A stretch of DNA of 60,082 bases, filler included, from Dugesia japonica (GCA_001938525.1; 6 parts of 6 records of this genome joined end to end with filler, not necessarily neighbours in it), one strand, 5' to 3'. Counted from the whole stretch's first letter, positions 24,171 through 37,767 are shown. Program-made: numbers and translations. The notes: generated by a model from the sequence alone, not told the origin.

Positions 24171-27100
24171 CCAAGGAGACCAAGACAAATAAAGAAAATC
24201 TAGAAGACGCAGAACCAGAAACGAGTAAAATAAAATGAGTTCGATTTAAATTAGACAAGCTTGATGATGAACAGAAATATTCCATCAGATCAAGACATCG
24301 TGCCATGACAATAACAACAAAACCAGTAACAGACATTACTACTAAAGAAGCGAACAAAGAAAGTAACTAGTGTAAAAAATGTAAAAAGATGCGACCAGAA
24401 ACAGTATCATTGATAAAACGTCAATTGCTAAAGATGTGTTATCAATGTTTACGAACGACACAAGATAAAATTGTAAATGGCGATACCGAGATTAATCGAG
24501 TATCATTATAAGTATGGAGAGAGAAAACCGATATCAAAAGATGGGCTTGTCTACAGTCCATGGAAACAATCATAAAATTGGATATTTCGAAGGAAAAGTA
24601 TAAACAGTGGTGTAATAATTGTATAACAAATGCGAGACAAATAATGAATAGTGAAATCAGATGTGTCTACAATCATTTAACAGGCTTATCAGCAGCAAAA
24701 GCACTAAGAGTAAATATTTAATTACAACAAAACAGATTATGAGACATTTTCAGCTAAATAATGATTGAAAAAACTATAATAATTGATTAAAATAACTATA
24801 ATTGAAAAATGACGAAATATACTTAATAAATATTATCATTCAGTGTAAATTGGAATAATTCAAGAGGATCGGAAATGCAAAAATCCAAGATGCAGACGAT
24901 ATGGTATGAAAAGACACAGATCGGCAGACAATTGAAAACTACTGTGTAAACCATGCTTACAAATTTCACAGAGAATTACAATGAGACAACAAGAGAAATA
25001 TTTAATAAACCGAATCGACTCGAGATTGAGTGAAACAAGGAAGCGCATTTGCCATGGAACTTAGTGGGAAATTGAAAAATTTTCAAACATACGAAATGTC
25101 TAATTGACATGATAAATGCCAGGAAATTATATGGAAGCTGTCAAATTAACTTGTGAAAAGAGATTTAGGTATCGTGGATAAAAGTGGAACAAAAGAAAAG
25201 AGAGCTATAAAATAACAAATCCAACTAGAAGTTAGATGCAATAAAGAGCGAATAGAAACTAAGATTGTATTAACCGAAAACCAATTAAAAGAAGGATGTC
25301 TGAAATGTAAGATAAAAATGGGACTACAATCAAAAGAAGCTGAAGAGAAAATATGGAATATTATTAATATGAATCAAGAACATCCAGAAGCCAAGAAGTG
25401 TAATCGATGTGTATCAAAGAAACCAACTAAATGCATCGTTAGTGGCAGAAGACTTAGAGAATTTATGTAATAAATGATTTCAAAAGACATAAATCAAGGT
25501 TAAAGACTCAATAATAATAATATCATGAAAGAGAAGTTGTTTAAAAAACCACTCGGTACAAGATAATCAAGAATATCTCAGATGAAAAACGAAAGATGAA
25601 GTAATCGAATTACCAATACCAAAAACAGTGTTTCGGAAGTTATGTTTGACACGTACAGAAATAAGGCGACATCAATTAGAGAAAACCATGTACGAAGTAT
25701 ATAAAGTAATGGCTCAACGGAAAATGGATGAGCAACCTTATCGTATCCAGTGACAGCCTCGAATCAACGAGGACGTCAATTTTCATAAAAAAAGGGCGAT
25801 TTGGAGAAACAAAACGAAGCACTAATAAATCAAGTACAACGGGAAGTAGAAAATGTAGTAAATAAGAATCATAAGATGAAACAGACAAAGTAAGCACATC
25901 CGCTCGATACAGAGACTTTACGAGATCGTTTATAAAAGATAATTAACGAAACACAAAAATTAATGATCTACCAAGATTAATTAAGAAAGAATTACAAACA
26001 AATATCGACGAGGACATCGAATTTTTTAAATCAGGAGATGATGTGATGAATTTCAGAGAAGACACAGATACAAATTTTAAGGAGCTGAGCATGTCACAAG
26101 AAGATGGACGGAAAATCAGAACAATGTGGAGACAATTTGAGACATTTACGGAAGTTGAAAATCGAGACCGTCACTACTTTTCTTATAAACATTAAAAGTG
26201 CAATGTCAGAAGTTATTGGAGAAATTAAAAATTGAACAGATTAAAGAGAAAAGCGATTAAAAAGAGTGTATTAAAGAGCCGAGACAAAAACAAAGAGCAA
26301 GGAGACAAAAAAGAAAACGTTAAACAGAAAAAAAGGCGACATACACAGAATCAGTGTGATACAGGCACAGAAATAAAATATGAGGACGACGACAGTGATA
26401 ATGATTATGAAAAACTGATATTAACAAAACAACCAGAAACGACAGACTGGCTCGAAACAATTCAAATGGATAGAGCAAATCTAATGAAAACGCGGAACGA
26501 CAGATCAAACTGGTTTGGGACGACATGGAGTGACAGAGAAAATGATTACGATACGGAAAAGGAAAGAAACATTATCATGAGTTGTGAAGAGGACTCCGAA
26601 GGAGTGTGACTTCAATGGTAGAGAATTTACCAGGATTAAAAACAGAAAGTGCAAAATGAAAAGAAATATTAAAAGTGGAAACAAAAGAAAATCGACGAAG
26701 CAATTAGAAAGATAGAGGGGACTTCAAATATGATACAGAAGATCAGTAAGATATAACAAAATGATGCGAAGAGTATCCCGAGGGCTTACCACAACAATGG
26801 TTAGAAATTCAACAGAAATGGCAACACGACTAGAGCTATCAAACATGGAAGCAAAAAAGAAATTAAAATAAAGCGTGAGGAACTCGAGAAAATAGAACCA
26901 AAGGAAGAAATGAGACAAAATATTCCATTATCAGAAACACCGGCAAAATATGACAGTGGAATTTACGAGAAAATAACAGCGGATATAATTGAGGCAATTT
27001 ATGTGAATGAGAAAAAGGAGGTATTAGTAACTAAAAAGCCATTACTCGGAAGACAATGGCAGAGAATTGTGTGGACATGTATTGCATCGGTACCGATAAT

Positions 27101-28182
27101 AATATTCATAGTGTGTATAATAGCAATAGTGGCAATGGCATGACCCACAAAGATTTTAATTCAAGCGAAAAAATAATATGAAATAAACGAGACTATAACC
27201 GCAAAAAGTGGAACGAACAAAACGATTAAAATGATGGATAAATGGTTATATGTATTACTAGCATTAATAAGGATAAAGGTAATTAGAGGTAAAAATACGT
27301 GGACAACGGGACCGGCAATAATAACAAATCAGAGTAAAAATAAGAATAACAAGTATTGGACATTAATACTAGCAGCAGCTATAATGACGTCAATAAAAAT
27401 GTCATTAATCTTNATAACGACAGCCTTAAAAGGAGAAAAAGCGAATAAACAAAGAGACATCGAAATGGGAACACCAAGAGAAGCAAGCCAAATACTGTTT
27501 TCAGGAAATCTGTGGATATATATGATAATAAATGTGATAACAATACACACAGTTAATGGTGAAGAATGCTATGACTACGAAGACGTACATACGGAACATC
27601 GAGTATATATAACAATATTAGAGGCGGAATTTCAAAGCAAAACAAGGCGATATACCTTACAGCAGAAGAAGTGCATTTGGAATCCAGATAAATTGGGCAG
27701 AAAAGTTTGTAGACTTATCAGTGTTGCAAGGAAGAAAACAAAACGTGAGAATCGGACATTATTTATCACTTCAAGATTGGAAAAATGGTGACTTATTACT
27801 CAATTATAATTGGAGCGGCAATCAGCAAGAATTAAAATATGGAATATGGTTTAAAGTGAAGGTTATGATAGTGTGGGAGCTACTACCAGATAAAACGACA
27901 AAACAAGTCATCAAAACAAGAATTACAACAAGGATAACAAGTACAAGAGAAACGTCAATAAGGCCAATCAGTAAACCGAAAACGACACGAGGTTGAGAGG
28001 CGACAAAACCAGAAACAATAAAAAAGAGTAATGTAAACAATATCACAAAAATCAATACGACAAGTAAAAGAGAAATAGTCGAAGTGAATCAACACAAAAC
28101 TGGAATGAAAACAATTGAAAAATTAAAAGTGCCAATAAGAGTGCTGAATCAGGCAGAAAACGATATTTTCGAAAGACTAATG
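24170..28182 (+). pseudogene. Long post-integrase coding extension of the Gypsy element (CxxC-rich region, TM cluster, env-like tail), truncated by contig end
   Basis: Continues in the frame of LHVSRFK/KYSIRSR into CKKC, CYQC, WCNNC. Later CKNPRC, CKPC, CLKC, CNRC; hydrophobic segments at 27060-27560; Thr-rich stretch near 27890-28060. Uniformly A-rich plus strand, no splice signals noted. Confidence 0.55.
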
Positions 28183-28282
28183 NNNNNNNNNNNNNNNNNN
28201 NNNNNNNNNNNNNNNNNNNNNNNNNNTTAATTAATTAANNNNNNNNNNNNNNNNNNNNNNNNNNNNNNNNNNNNNNNNNNNN
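28183..28282. other. Synthetic contig spacer
   Basis: 44N-TTAATTAATTAA-44N. Confidence 0.95.
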
Positions 28283-29971
28283 GTGTGTGTGTGTGTGTGT
28301 GTCTGTTAAGTAAGTTTATTTTTTATTTTTAAAATTTAAATAAGAATAAATAATAAGGAAAAATTTCACTTTCCTACTTCAAAAAAACAATAGCTGCGAA
28401 TGAAATTAGAAATCATGATTAATTTGTAAGAAAAAAATCACCCTTAAAGTATATTTTTCCGAAAGATTTAGGCGATATTAGATTCACAATTATTCTGTGT
28501 GCGATTTTTCTATTCTATACTATTCTATCTACCCAATATAGCTAAGACAATCATTTTATCAAATGTCAAAAATATTTTAATATACTTAATTAGGGTTTGC
28601 AAACCGGTTAAAACCGGTTTTTAAAAACCGGGGTTTTCTGGAAAAATAAAGCATTTAAAAAAACGGATTAACATAAATTTTACACAAGAAGACAAATAAT
28701 GTTAAAGATAAAGTTATATGTTAATTTTAGATTCATATGTAATAATGCTGCACAAAATATTAAAGATTTATTACAGCGATTTTTTATTTTTAGAGATAAA
28801 TCAAGATAAATATAGTTCGAATAAATGAAAAAATATACTTGGATATAATTGTTTTACACTTAAAGATCTGCTTAAAAATTTGTTTGATTCGAAACCAAAT
28901 CAATTCATTGGTAATTTCAGATAATAAATAATTGCGATGATAAATTAATTAAATATTGAAAATTAAATAAAAGTACCATTTTAATATTTAAAATGAACAT
29001 TAAAATTATTTTTNNNNNNNNNNNNNNNNNNNNNNNNNNNNNNNNNNNNNNNNNNNNNNNNNNNNNNNNNNNNNNNNNNNNNNNNNNNNNNNNNNNNNNN
29101 NNNNNNNNNNNNNNNNNNNNNNNNNNNNNNNNNNNNNNNNNNNNAAATTAATTACATAAAAAAATTAGTTTTATTATTAAATATACTTTAAAATTTAGAC
29201 CCTAAATGCTTTCGAATAAACTAAAAATAATAAAACTAAGAATAAATTTCGAATAAATTAAGAATCATAGTGATAAATAAATATTTACACTGAATTTCTA
29301 TGTAAATGCTTTCGTTTGACCTACAAGTAGCACTTGTAAGCGTATTAAAGAATCGAAAATATTAAAATTGACAAATATCAATAAAGAATTTTATTATAAA
29401 TAACGGGTATAATATTCAATTAATTTTTAATTAATATTAAAAATTCTTTTAGAATAAATTGAAAGAAAATATCTGATATTAGAAAGTAAGAAATTAAATA
29501 AATGTAATATTTTCCGGTGACACCATCAATATTTTATCAATATTACCAATTGACATAATTTGGAAATTGTTTCAGGAAATACCATTATATTTTCTACGTT
29601 CAATCTCAACTAAAAGAAATTTCAAAATGAATAAATTGTTTTATAATAAATTCTCAATAGATTTATATATACATCAATAAAATTAACTGTTACGAATCGA
29701 AACTAAGTTTTGTTAGTTCCGACAATTGAAACGGAAAATTTTTAGATTTAGCTTTGCGGTTTTTCGCACATATAATAATTGTGAATTAATGATTGCCTAA
29801 ATCTTTCGGAAAAATATGCTTTATGGGTGATTTATTCCAAATTTATCACGATTTTTAATTGAAGCAATTATTTTTATGAAGTAGGAAAATGAAATTTTTC
29901 CTTATTATTTATTCTTATTTAGATTTTAAAAATAAAAAATAAACTTACTTAACAGACACACACACACACAC
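28283..29971. repeat. Diverged ~220 bp inverted repeats ending in (GT)n/(AC)n
   Basis: 28283-28505 is the reverse complement of ~29763-29971 (e.g. CTGTTAAGTAAGTTTATT / AATAAACTTACTTAACAG; TTTTCCGAAAGATTTAGGC / GCCTAAATCTTTCGGAAAA). Confidence 0.85.
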
Positions 29972-30399
29972 NNNNNNNNNNNNNNNNNNNNNNNNNNNNN
30001 NNNNNNNNNNNNNNNNNNNNNNNNNNNNNNNNNNNNNNNNNNNNNNNNNNNNNNNNNNNNNNNNNNNNNNNNNNNNNNNNNNNNNNNNNNNNNNNNNNNN
30101 NACTTCTTTTTTACAATTTTTATTTTTAAAATAATACATACACACTTTACAAACTTTTTTACTTTGTACATTGGGGTTGAATAAACCATAGTTGTGTAGT
30201 TTTTGCACCAAATAAATATATCAGAAAGCTATGATTGCCTTATCTTAGGTTTTTTTTACATAAATTACAAAAAGATATTATATGACGTAGTTACGACTAT
30301 CTTAAACCAATCAAGCATATTTTGGTGCCTGTCGCCAATTTTTCTTTTCAAATTTGGANNNNNNNNNNNNNNNNAAAAACCAAAAATAATTGAAACATT

Positions 30400-31010
30400 T
30401 TGATCAAATAACCAGATTTACCGAAAGAATTTACAGAAAAGGTAGAATTCTTGAAAATTTTGTTTCGACAAACACAAACCAAGCAAAAATGTACTATTAT
30501 TGTCAACTCTACATGAATATGATACTGATGACCTCGCTTCAAATAAACTCAACATCATATTAGACTATAAAAACAAAAAGAATGGCTTTACACACCTGAC
30601 AAACTAGTTCGAACTTATACTTGCAAAATAAAGGTTAAGNNATTNCNAGTGGTTTTATNNTNNAATATAATAGATATTACAATTTTAACTCGTGCAAATG
30701 TGTAAATCTACAACTATTCAAAAAGTAGAAAAGGTCCCATCGTAAAATGTTTTGAAGGAGATGGCTATGCAATTTATAAGATATCATAATTTGAACCGAT
30801 TATTGAACCATCATGCAAAGAACAAATATAAAAATCGCTATTCATCAAATAAGACATGTAATAAACATAGAAAGATTTCAACAACCGAAGAAACTATGGT
30901 GAATAGATCTGTCAGTAAGTGACCAAGACGTTGTATTTACTCTCGATCCGCTGATAAAAAACAAGAACTATATTGTATGTATGTAATCAGTCATTTTGTG
31001 CAATATATTT
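30400..31010 (+). mobile_element. piggyBac transposase C-terminal remnant
   Basis: IPDLPKEF, NIILDYKNKK, DKLVRTYTCK and a decayed Cys-rich tail RRC..ADKK..C. Confidence 0.65.
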
Positions 31011-32808
31011 AAAAACAATCTGTATGAACTGAATCAACAAGGAAGTAATGAATATAAAAAGAAAACAAACAATGAGGTGCAAAATTGTATCTTCATCCGA
31101 TTTATTCGATTATATATATTAACTATAATATATATATTAACTATATCATCAAATATTTTATTCTAATATTAAATTAAAGTAAATACGAATGTTATAAGTA
31201 ACTATAAATAAATAAAAAATATGCATATTTCATTAACTAATATTTTGTTATGAATTTAATGGTGCAATATTATAATCTCATTTCATAATAATTAATTTTT
31301 TGTTTGAAATTAGTAATTATTTAACAATATTATTTTTTAATTATATATATATATATATAATTATATATATATATTTAATTTATTTAATATATATATATAT
31401 ATAAAAGGAATTAATGAAAATCAAATTAGGTTATTATCTTTTCATTATTGAATACATATTTTTTAAGAATTAATAAAAATAAAATGAGTATTTTTCATAA
31501 AATTTTTTTATGAATATTTCAAAATATATATGAGATCAGTAAATCAATAAATAAATAAATAAGAATATTTGATTTCGTGTTTTTATTGGATAAATTTATT
31601 AAACAATTTAATACTAATTTATCAATTTATATCATGTTATCGAACGTATCATTTTACATTTAAATGGTAGGCGCGAATTATTTAAATCTCATTTTAAATC
31701 GCAAAATTTTGATGCTAGTTGTGAGATGAAAGTTCATAATTGAAAAATAGAAATTTAATAAATCATGTTTCTGAAAATAGATTGTATTATTCTCTATGAC
31801 AAATAATTCTTTTATTAATGTTAAATATCAAAAAGAAAATTACATTGAGTGTTCACCATTTTCATACTAAAGTACTTATAAAATAATGTTTACGAAATTT
31901 TCAAATCAAATAGAAGAATGTTTTCTAATTCACTTCAACATCAGGATATCAATGAAAATGATTTGGAATAAGCCATATAAAATATGATCAGATATCGATG
32001 AACAATTATTTAGTAAATCATAAATGGATGCGGAAAAATGGATAGTTTAAATTGGAAAGATGAAAAAATTATCATTAGTACGAAGATNNNNNNNNNNNNN
32101 NNNNNNNNNNNNNNNNNNNNNNNNNCAAAGCACTTCTTCAAAGTTATTAATTGAAGATTACAAAGAACTGTTCATGAATTGATTTTATAAAATATTTTAC
32201 TTCCAAATTAATTGAGAATTGCTTCAACTAAATATCGATAATAGAAAATTTTCCGAATTATTAAAATGAATCATATCACTAAACAATAAATATCACGAGA
32301 GTTTCATTATATTTCCACTTATAAATGAAGTGGTGATAAACTTCAAAAACTTATGCGAAATGAATGAGAAAAATAATAATTCAGATTAACGATGAATAAA
32401 AAATAATAAAAATATAAATGAAATCTAATTTTGTCATGTGTTAAATAAATGAATTTCTTTTAAAAACAATTCAATATATTTGAATTTTATTAAATATCAA
32501 TTAATTAGATTTTTGATGGATTAATGATAAACATGCGTTGAAAAGATGCATCTTAAATCAGAATTCACGACATTAAACATTTGAAATTAATTAGTTTCAC
32601 TAAATTGATTACATCGAAGAATTACACATTGACAAATATATATATAAAATTGCAATTCGTGCAAAGCGTACAAAGTTACAAAGCATTTTAAACAAAAAAA
32701 CGTTATTTATTTTGTGAAATTTTAGATGTGTTTTTTAAAACAGTTTAATAAAGTAAATAAAAGATCAAAGAGAAACTTTATCAATCTTCATTGTACAATT
32801 TTAAATAG

Positions 32809-32873
<65 letters not shown>

Positions 32874-32969
32874 NNNNNNNNNNNNNNNNNNNNNNNNNNN
32901 NNNNNNNNNNNNNNNNNNNNNNNNNNNNNNNNNNNNNNNNNNNNNNATGATAATGATAATGATAATAAT
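32809..32969. repeat. (AAT)n/(ATGATA)n microsatellite spanning a gap
   Basis: Direct read. Similar (AAT)n tracts at 35763-35957, 38140-38208 and 47243-47289. Confidence 0.95.
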
Positions 32970-33003
32970 ATAAACTTTGAAACGCCATAAAAATATATAT
33001 TTT

Positions 33004-33046
33004 TGTATAACATGTTTCGACAGAATAACTGTCATCTTCGGATGCA
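33004..33046 (-). ncRNA. Degenerate minimal hammerhead ribozyme (Penelope-type)
   Basis: TGCAT-CCGAAGA-T-GACAG TTATT CTGTC-GAAA-CATG-TT-ATACA: perfect 5-bp stem II and palindromic ACATGT stem III; core U->C and GUC->GUU changes. Confidence 0.45.
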
Positions 33047-33636
33047 ATAATTTAATTCTTTTTTAAAAATTCTTTATTGTTTCAATAAAGAATTTTCAAT
33101 ACTGTGTTTTTCACTTTGTTAATCTTGATATTTTGATATTATTTATCACATTTAAAAAAATATTATTATTATTATTATATTTATTATTATTATTATCATC
33201 ATCTCTAATATCAAAAAATATTCTTCGAAACGGTAATATAGAATAAAATTTCAATAACACAACTTTTGATATTCAAATCAGACTTCTGTTTTAAATATTT
33301 TAGTATTTTATTCATTTTAATAGTCTTTCTAACTATAAACGGATGACAAATTGCGCAGATTCGCAGGTGAATTTTGAAACTTTTACACGTAAGTGTAACG
33401 ATTTTTTTGCCGAAAAAAATAATTTGGAATAGAGTTAAATTCAATTATTGTCACGTAGTTTAATTACTCGACAAAAGAACTCAATCGAAATCAAACAATT
33501 ATATAATCAAATATACAGCTAATGGTAGCATATTTTTTGTTTGACTTAATTTTAAATTTAAAAAAAGTTATCCAACAAAATCCAATACATGCTAACTTTG
33601 ACTAACACATACAATACAATACATTACATTACATAC

Positions 33637-35463
33637 CAATCATTGACCAGCGATAAGGTCTAAGTTTCAGCAGGCCCGGTCTGTCTAATAACAGAAAAAA
33701 TATCACACATAAATGGTTGGTGGAAAATATTATTTTTAAAAAACTTATTGGTTAAATTAACATAATTACATAAAAGGAAAATAAACAAAAAATATATACT
33801 TAGCAAATTTTTTGGTGGTTGAGGTCGTTTCGGAATAAGCGGAGATTTGATTGATACATTTGGTAAGTTATTATTGTTATTATTACTGTTGATAATTGCA
33901 TCATCAGATAGTTTTGATAAATTAGATATACTTCCCGATTTAACGCTCTATACATATAAAGTATGAAAATCATTATCATTAATTGATAGCTTTCTACTTC
34001 GTAATTCATTTCCTCTTGGTCTTTCGTAGGAAATTTTGATTCACTGGAAACAGGACTGTATACTGATGCCTTTAAGTTAGTCAAGGAACTTGATCTATAC
34101 ATCTGAAAAATCAAGAAATGATTAACAGACCAGAACTAATTGGTTAATAGTTTTCAGAAGAAATGTGAAAAACAAAAATAATATTAAATAAAATAAAAAT
34201 AAGCAATATTTGGTTGAACACAATATGTGAGAAAGTAAAGGTATTAGTTCCAATTAAGATGTAATGATAAGAGATTTCAAATCTTACGTAGTACTTGAAA
34301 GAAAAATTATTTTCAAATAGCTTTCTCCTTGCAAAGTTCTCTCGTGACCAGAATCAAAATAAATTAAAANCCTATCCAATCAAGGAGGAAGCCATCAAAT
34401 TCGAGTATATAAACAAAAATTACATAATTGATACAGCACATGTTATGTATTCAAGACATTTTCATTTTCAATTTTGTTTTCTCCATCTGAAAAATTACCA
34501 AACTATTGCACGAATAGATTAATTGCAGAATTAAATTTTTATGAAATTTCAAATTCGACTTTCAAAATAAATTAACTTAAATTATTAAAACCATTATGAT
34601 AAGAATTTATTGTTTGTCAAAAAATAAATAAAAAATTCAAATTTTATAGAAATATTTGTTTTTAAAATTAAATCAGAAATTTTTAATTTGGTAATTATAA
34701 TTACCCAAAAATTTGAAGTTGAATATCAGAAAATTTGTCTATTTAATTTGTTTGAAAAATAAAATTTAATTCTCACCTTTATTTTGATAATAATAAATTT
34801 ATGGATACTAAGTCTTTTAAATTCAGACTTATCCAACAACTAAATAGTATCCAAATTACAAATACAAACGTTACATTGATAATATTTTATAAATAATAAA
34901 TTTAAACAAAAAAATATTTTACAAAACAAAAAAATCTTACACCCTGAAAATCTGGAACGCTAATATACTTCTTAAGACCAGCACTGTCACCATTGAGTAA
35001 AACATTATTATATGTAGTGATTGACGATGGAATGGCATTAGGGTTTCCAATAATAGGACCTCTCCGTAAAGGATCAGGTTGGGTGGGAACTTGGACAATT
35101 GAACGGCGTTGTTTTCTCATAAGAGTAATAATTTCCTGACATGCAACCTAAAATTGAAACAAATATACAAATGAAATAAAACTTAAACACTATACCTCTT
35201 GTCGAATACGATCGACTTGTAGTAAACTTTCTACAGCTGACACACTACGAATGTATTTTTCTATATAAGACTCTTGATCTCCTGAACTTACCGATTTTTC
35301 AGTCTGACTGGCTGCTAACTGTGCTAAAGATTCTCTGTCTTCAATGTCTAAAGAATTCTAAATATTCACAAGAACATCAATAGAAAAATTTAAATTTAGC
35401 TATTCAAACCTGAGGTATTCCGGAAACTATTTGATAAGTGACTCCATTCCAAACTGATCGCAG
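33637..35463 (-). CDS. Unidentified multi-exon protein-coding gene (internal exons)
   Basis: Phase-consistent GT-AG exons 35410-35463, 35196-35357, 34941-35147, 33998-34102, 33800-33947, 33637-33684; introns of 52, 48 and 50 nt. LRSVWNGVTYQIVSGIPQNSLDIEDRESLAQLA..SYIEKYIRSVSAVESLLQVDRIRQEVACQEIITLMRKQRRSIVQVP..RPYRWSMI. Confidence 0.8.
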
Positions 35464-35780
35464 CTAAATTAAATGAATCTATTATTTTTTTAAAAAAAAA
35501 CTTTTTATTTATAATCTGAAATTATAAAATTGAAATAAAATCCTCTTTTTAATATCAAAATCACTAATAAATAACGTTAAAATTGAAATTATTAAAACAG
35601 ATCGAATTGATTAAAAGTTTCAGAGTCTTTATTGACAATTATTTTCAAAAACAAAAACATAAAATATATAAAATTACACTTAACAAAAAAACAATACGAA
35701 TTAAAATAATTTCTGGATATAATTTGTTGCATTCAATTTATTTAATTATTTTATCTTTTGCCAATAATAATAATAATAAC

Positions 35781-35834
<54 letters not shown>

Positions 35835-35890
35835 NNNNNNNNNNNNNNNNNNNNNNNNNNNNNNNNNNNNNNNNNNNNNNNNNNNNNNNN

Positions 35891-35961
<71 letters not shown>

Positions 35962-36080
35962 TCTCTATAAATAAAATTGTAAATGTAATTGATCGTTTGT
36001 TCCAAATCGATAAACTCCGAAAATTTATCACCGATGTCCTTGAAATTTTGACACAACGTTGCATTCGAATCCATACATGT
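35962..36080 (+). mobile_element. Helitron 5' terminal fragment
   Basis: A|TCTCTATAAATAAAATT..GTTTGTTCCAAATCGA resembles the 5' end at 37768. Confidence 0.45.
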
Positions 36081-36488
36081 TCATATATACCTCTTATATT
36101 TTAATAAGCCTATGGAAAATTTTTTAAATGAACTAAATTAATTGTAAAATTTGATTTGTTTGAATATTATTTAATACTTTTTAATCTAATTTAAATAAAG
36201 TATTTATTAAGAAGTTTTGTGATTAATTCGGTAAGTATTTTATTATTTAGAAATTTTTAATATTTTTTATGTTTATTTTATATTTATATTTATTGTTAAT
36301 GCGATTATTTATTATTAAGTTAAAATCTTTCTGTTAAAGTATCTTTATATGCAGAATTTTAGATATAATTATATCAGAAAAGAAAAAGTAGAAGTAATAT
36401 TTATATTTTTAACAATAAACATCTTAAATAATAAGTTTTTATGTTATTAATATAGTATTTCAAACTGATATTTTTTGCAACATATCTC

Positions 36489-36526
<38 letters not shown>

Positions 36527-36529
36527 CTT

Positions 36530-36975
36530 TGACTACATTGCGCCTTTTACATAATCTTTTTCTAAAGTTTTGACGCGATCTGAATTTTTTTCATCGAAAT
36601 AATAGTGTAAAATCTATTCTTCAAAAAGGTGGATATTGTTATGATGGAGTTTTCAAACCTTTTTTCGCTGTAAAATATTTTAATTTCATCTCAAGTTATA
36701 TGGGATTTTCTACCTATTTCTTCTAATGATTGATCGCCCAATTCTTTATAAATAATTTTCTTTCTGTATCCATCGATTTTCCCGTGGAAATTGGGCCCAT
36801 TATGATATATCTCAGAAACGAATGTTGATTTTTAAAAATAAAATAATTTAAAGTTTACCTATAAATTATAGTTTTTAAAGAGCCGAAATTCACTTTTAGA
36901 ATTTCGCTGACAGATTTAAAATCTCTGCCATCTTCATGTGCTTTAATTATGCATTTTTGTCTACAGCATAAATCC
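36530..36975 (-). mobile_element. Possible Tc1-like transposase N-terminal (HTH) remnant
   Basis: RQKCIIKAHEDGRDFKSVSEILKVNFGSLKTIIYR followed by decayed sequence. It could instead be a host exon (36859-36974 has AG/GT borders). Confidence 0.3.
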
Positions 36976-37767
36976 TGTTAAGATGTAATAAATATCAAGT
37001 AAAAATAGAAAAAATCCTTTGAACGAATATTTGGCAGTCTGTAGAGTTATGTTGAATCAGAACTCTTGCTTGAAATATTTTCTAAGTTCAATTTTTCAAT
37101 TTTTTAAAAATTTTAATATAACTTCTAAAACTTTTATAAACTAAGTTTTTAATAAAAATGTGTGTATGTTTGTGTCTGCTTGATGTGCATTGGTTTATTT
37201 TTTCTTACCTTTTCATTTTTCATTTCTTCTTAAACTTTTAGTAAGTTTTTTATGTAAATAAATTTATTTTCCTTATAGACAGCCAATCAGATTCCAACAA
37301 ATTATTATCAGGTTGTAATATTTCACTTCTCAAAATTTTAACAGTGTAATGTAAGTTAATATAATTTCATTTTTTGTTTCATTTTTATTATTATAATATA
37401 CATTTTATTATTTTTAATTATTAATATCTGAATTGAAATATCTGAACATTACAAATGTTGGCCCGAAATAAATATTTAAGATCGCGATTTCACTGTTGCC
37501 CGTTGCCAACTTAATAATATCAATCAAATATTTTGTTTATATTTATGCTCATTAGAAAAATTGGTTTCTCATTTGTCTTTCTCTGCTTACTACATTCTAC
37601 ATAGTACAAGATTTGATAGTCCAAATAATCTTAAAAACCCGATATACCCCTCATTCCTATTACAATTTCAACATGTAATCTCATCAATTTATTATTTTTT
37701 AAATAATAAATAACAAGAAATTATCATCGCATTGTATCACTTCAAACATGATTTTTACCCTTCACAA

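Noticed and set aside
33800-34114. Track ORF of 104 aa as a single exon
   Set aside because: Better explained as two exons separated by a 50-nt intron (33948-33997) with a frame change.
35583-36104. Poly-N/I/L/Y ORFs here and at 32781-33047
   Set aside because: Translations of (AAT)n microsatellites and N gaps.
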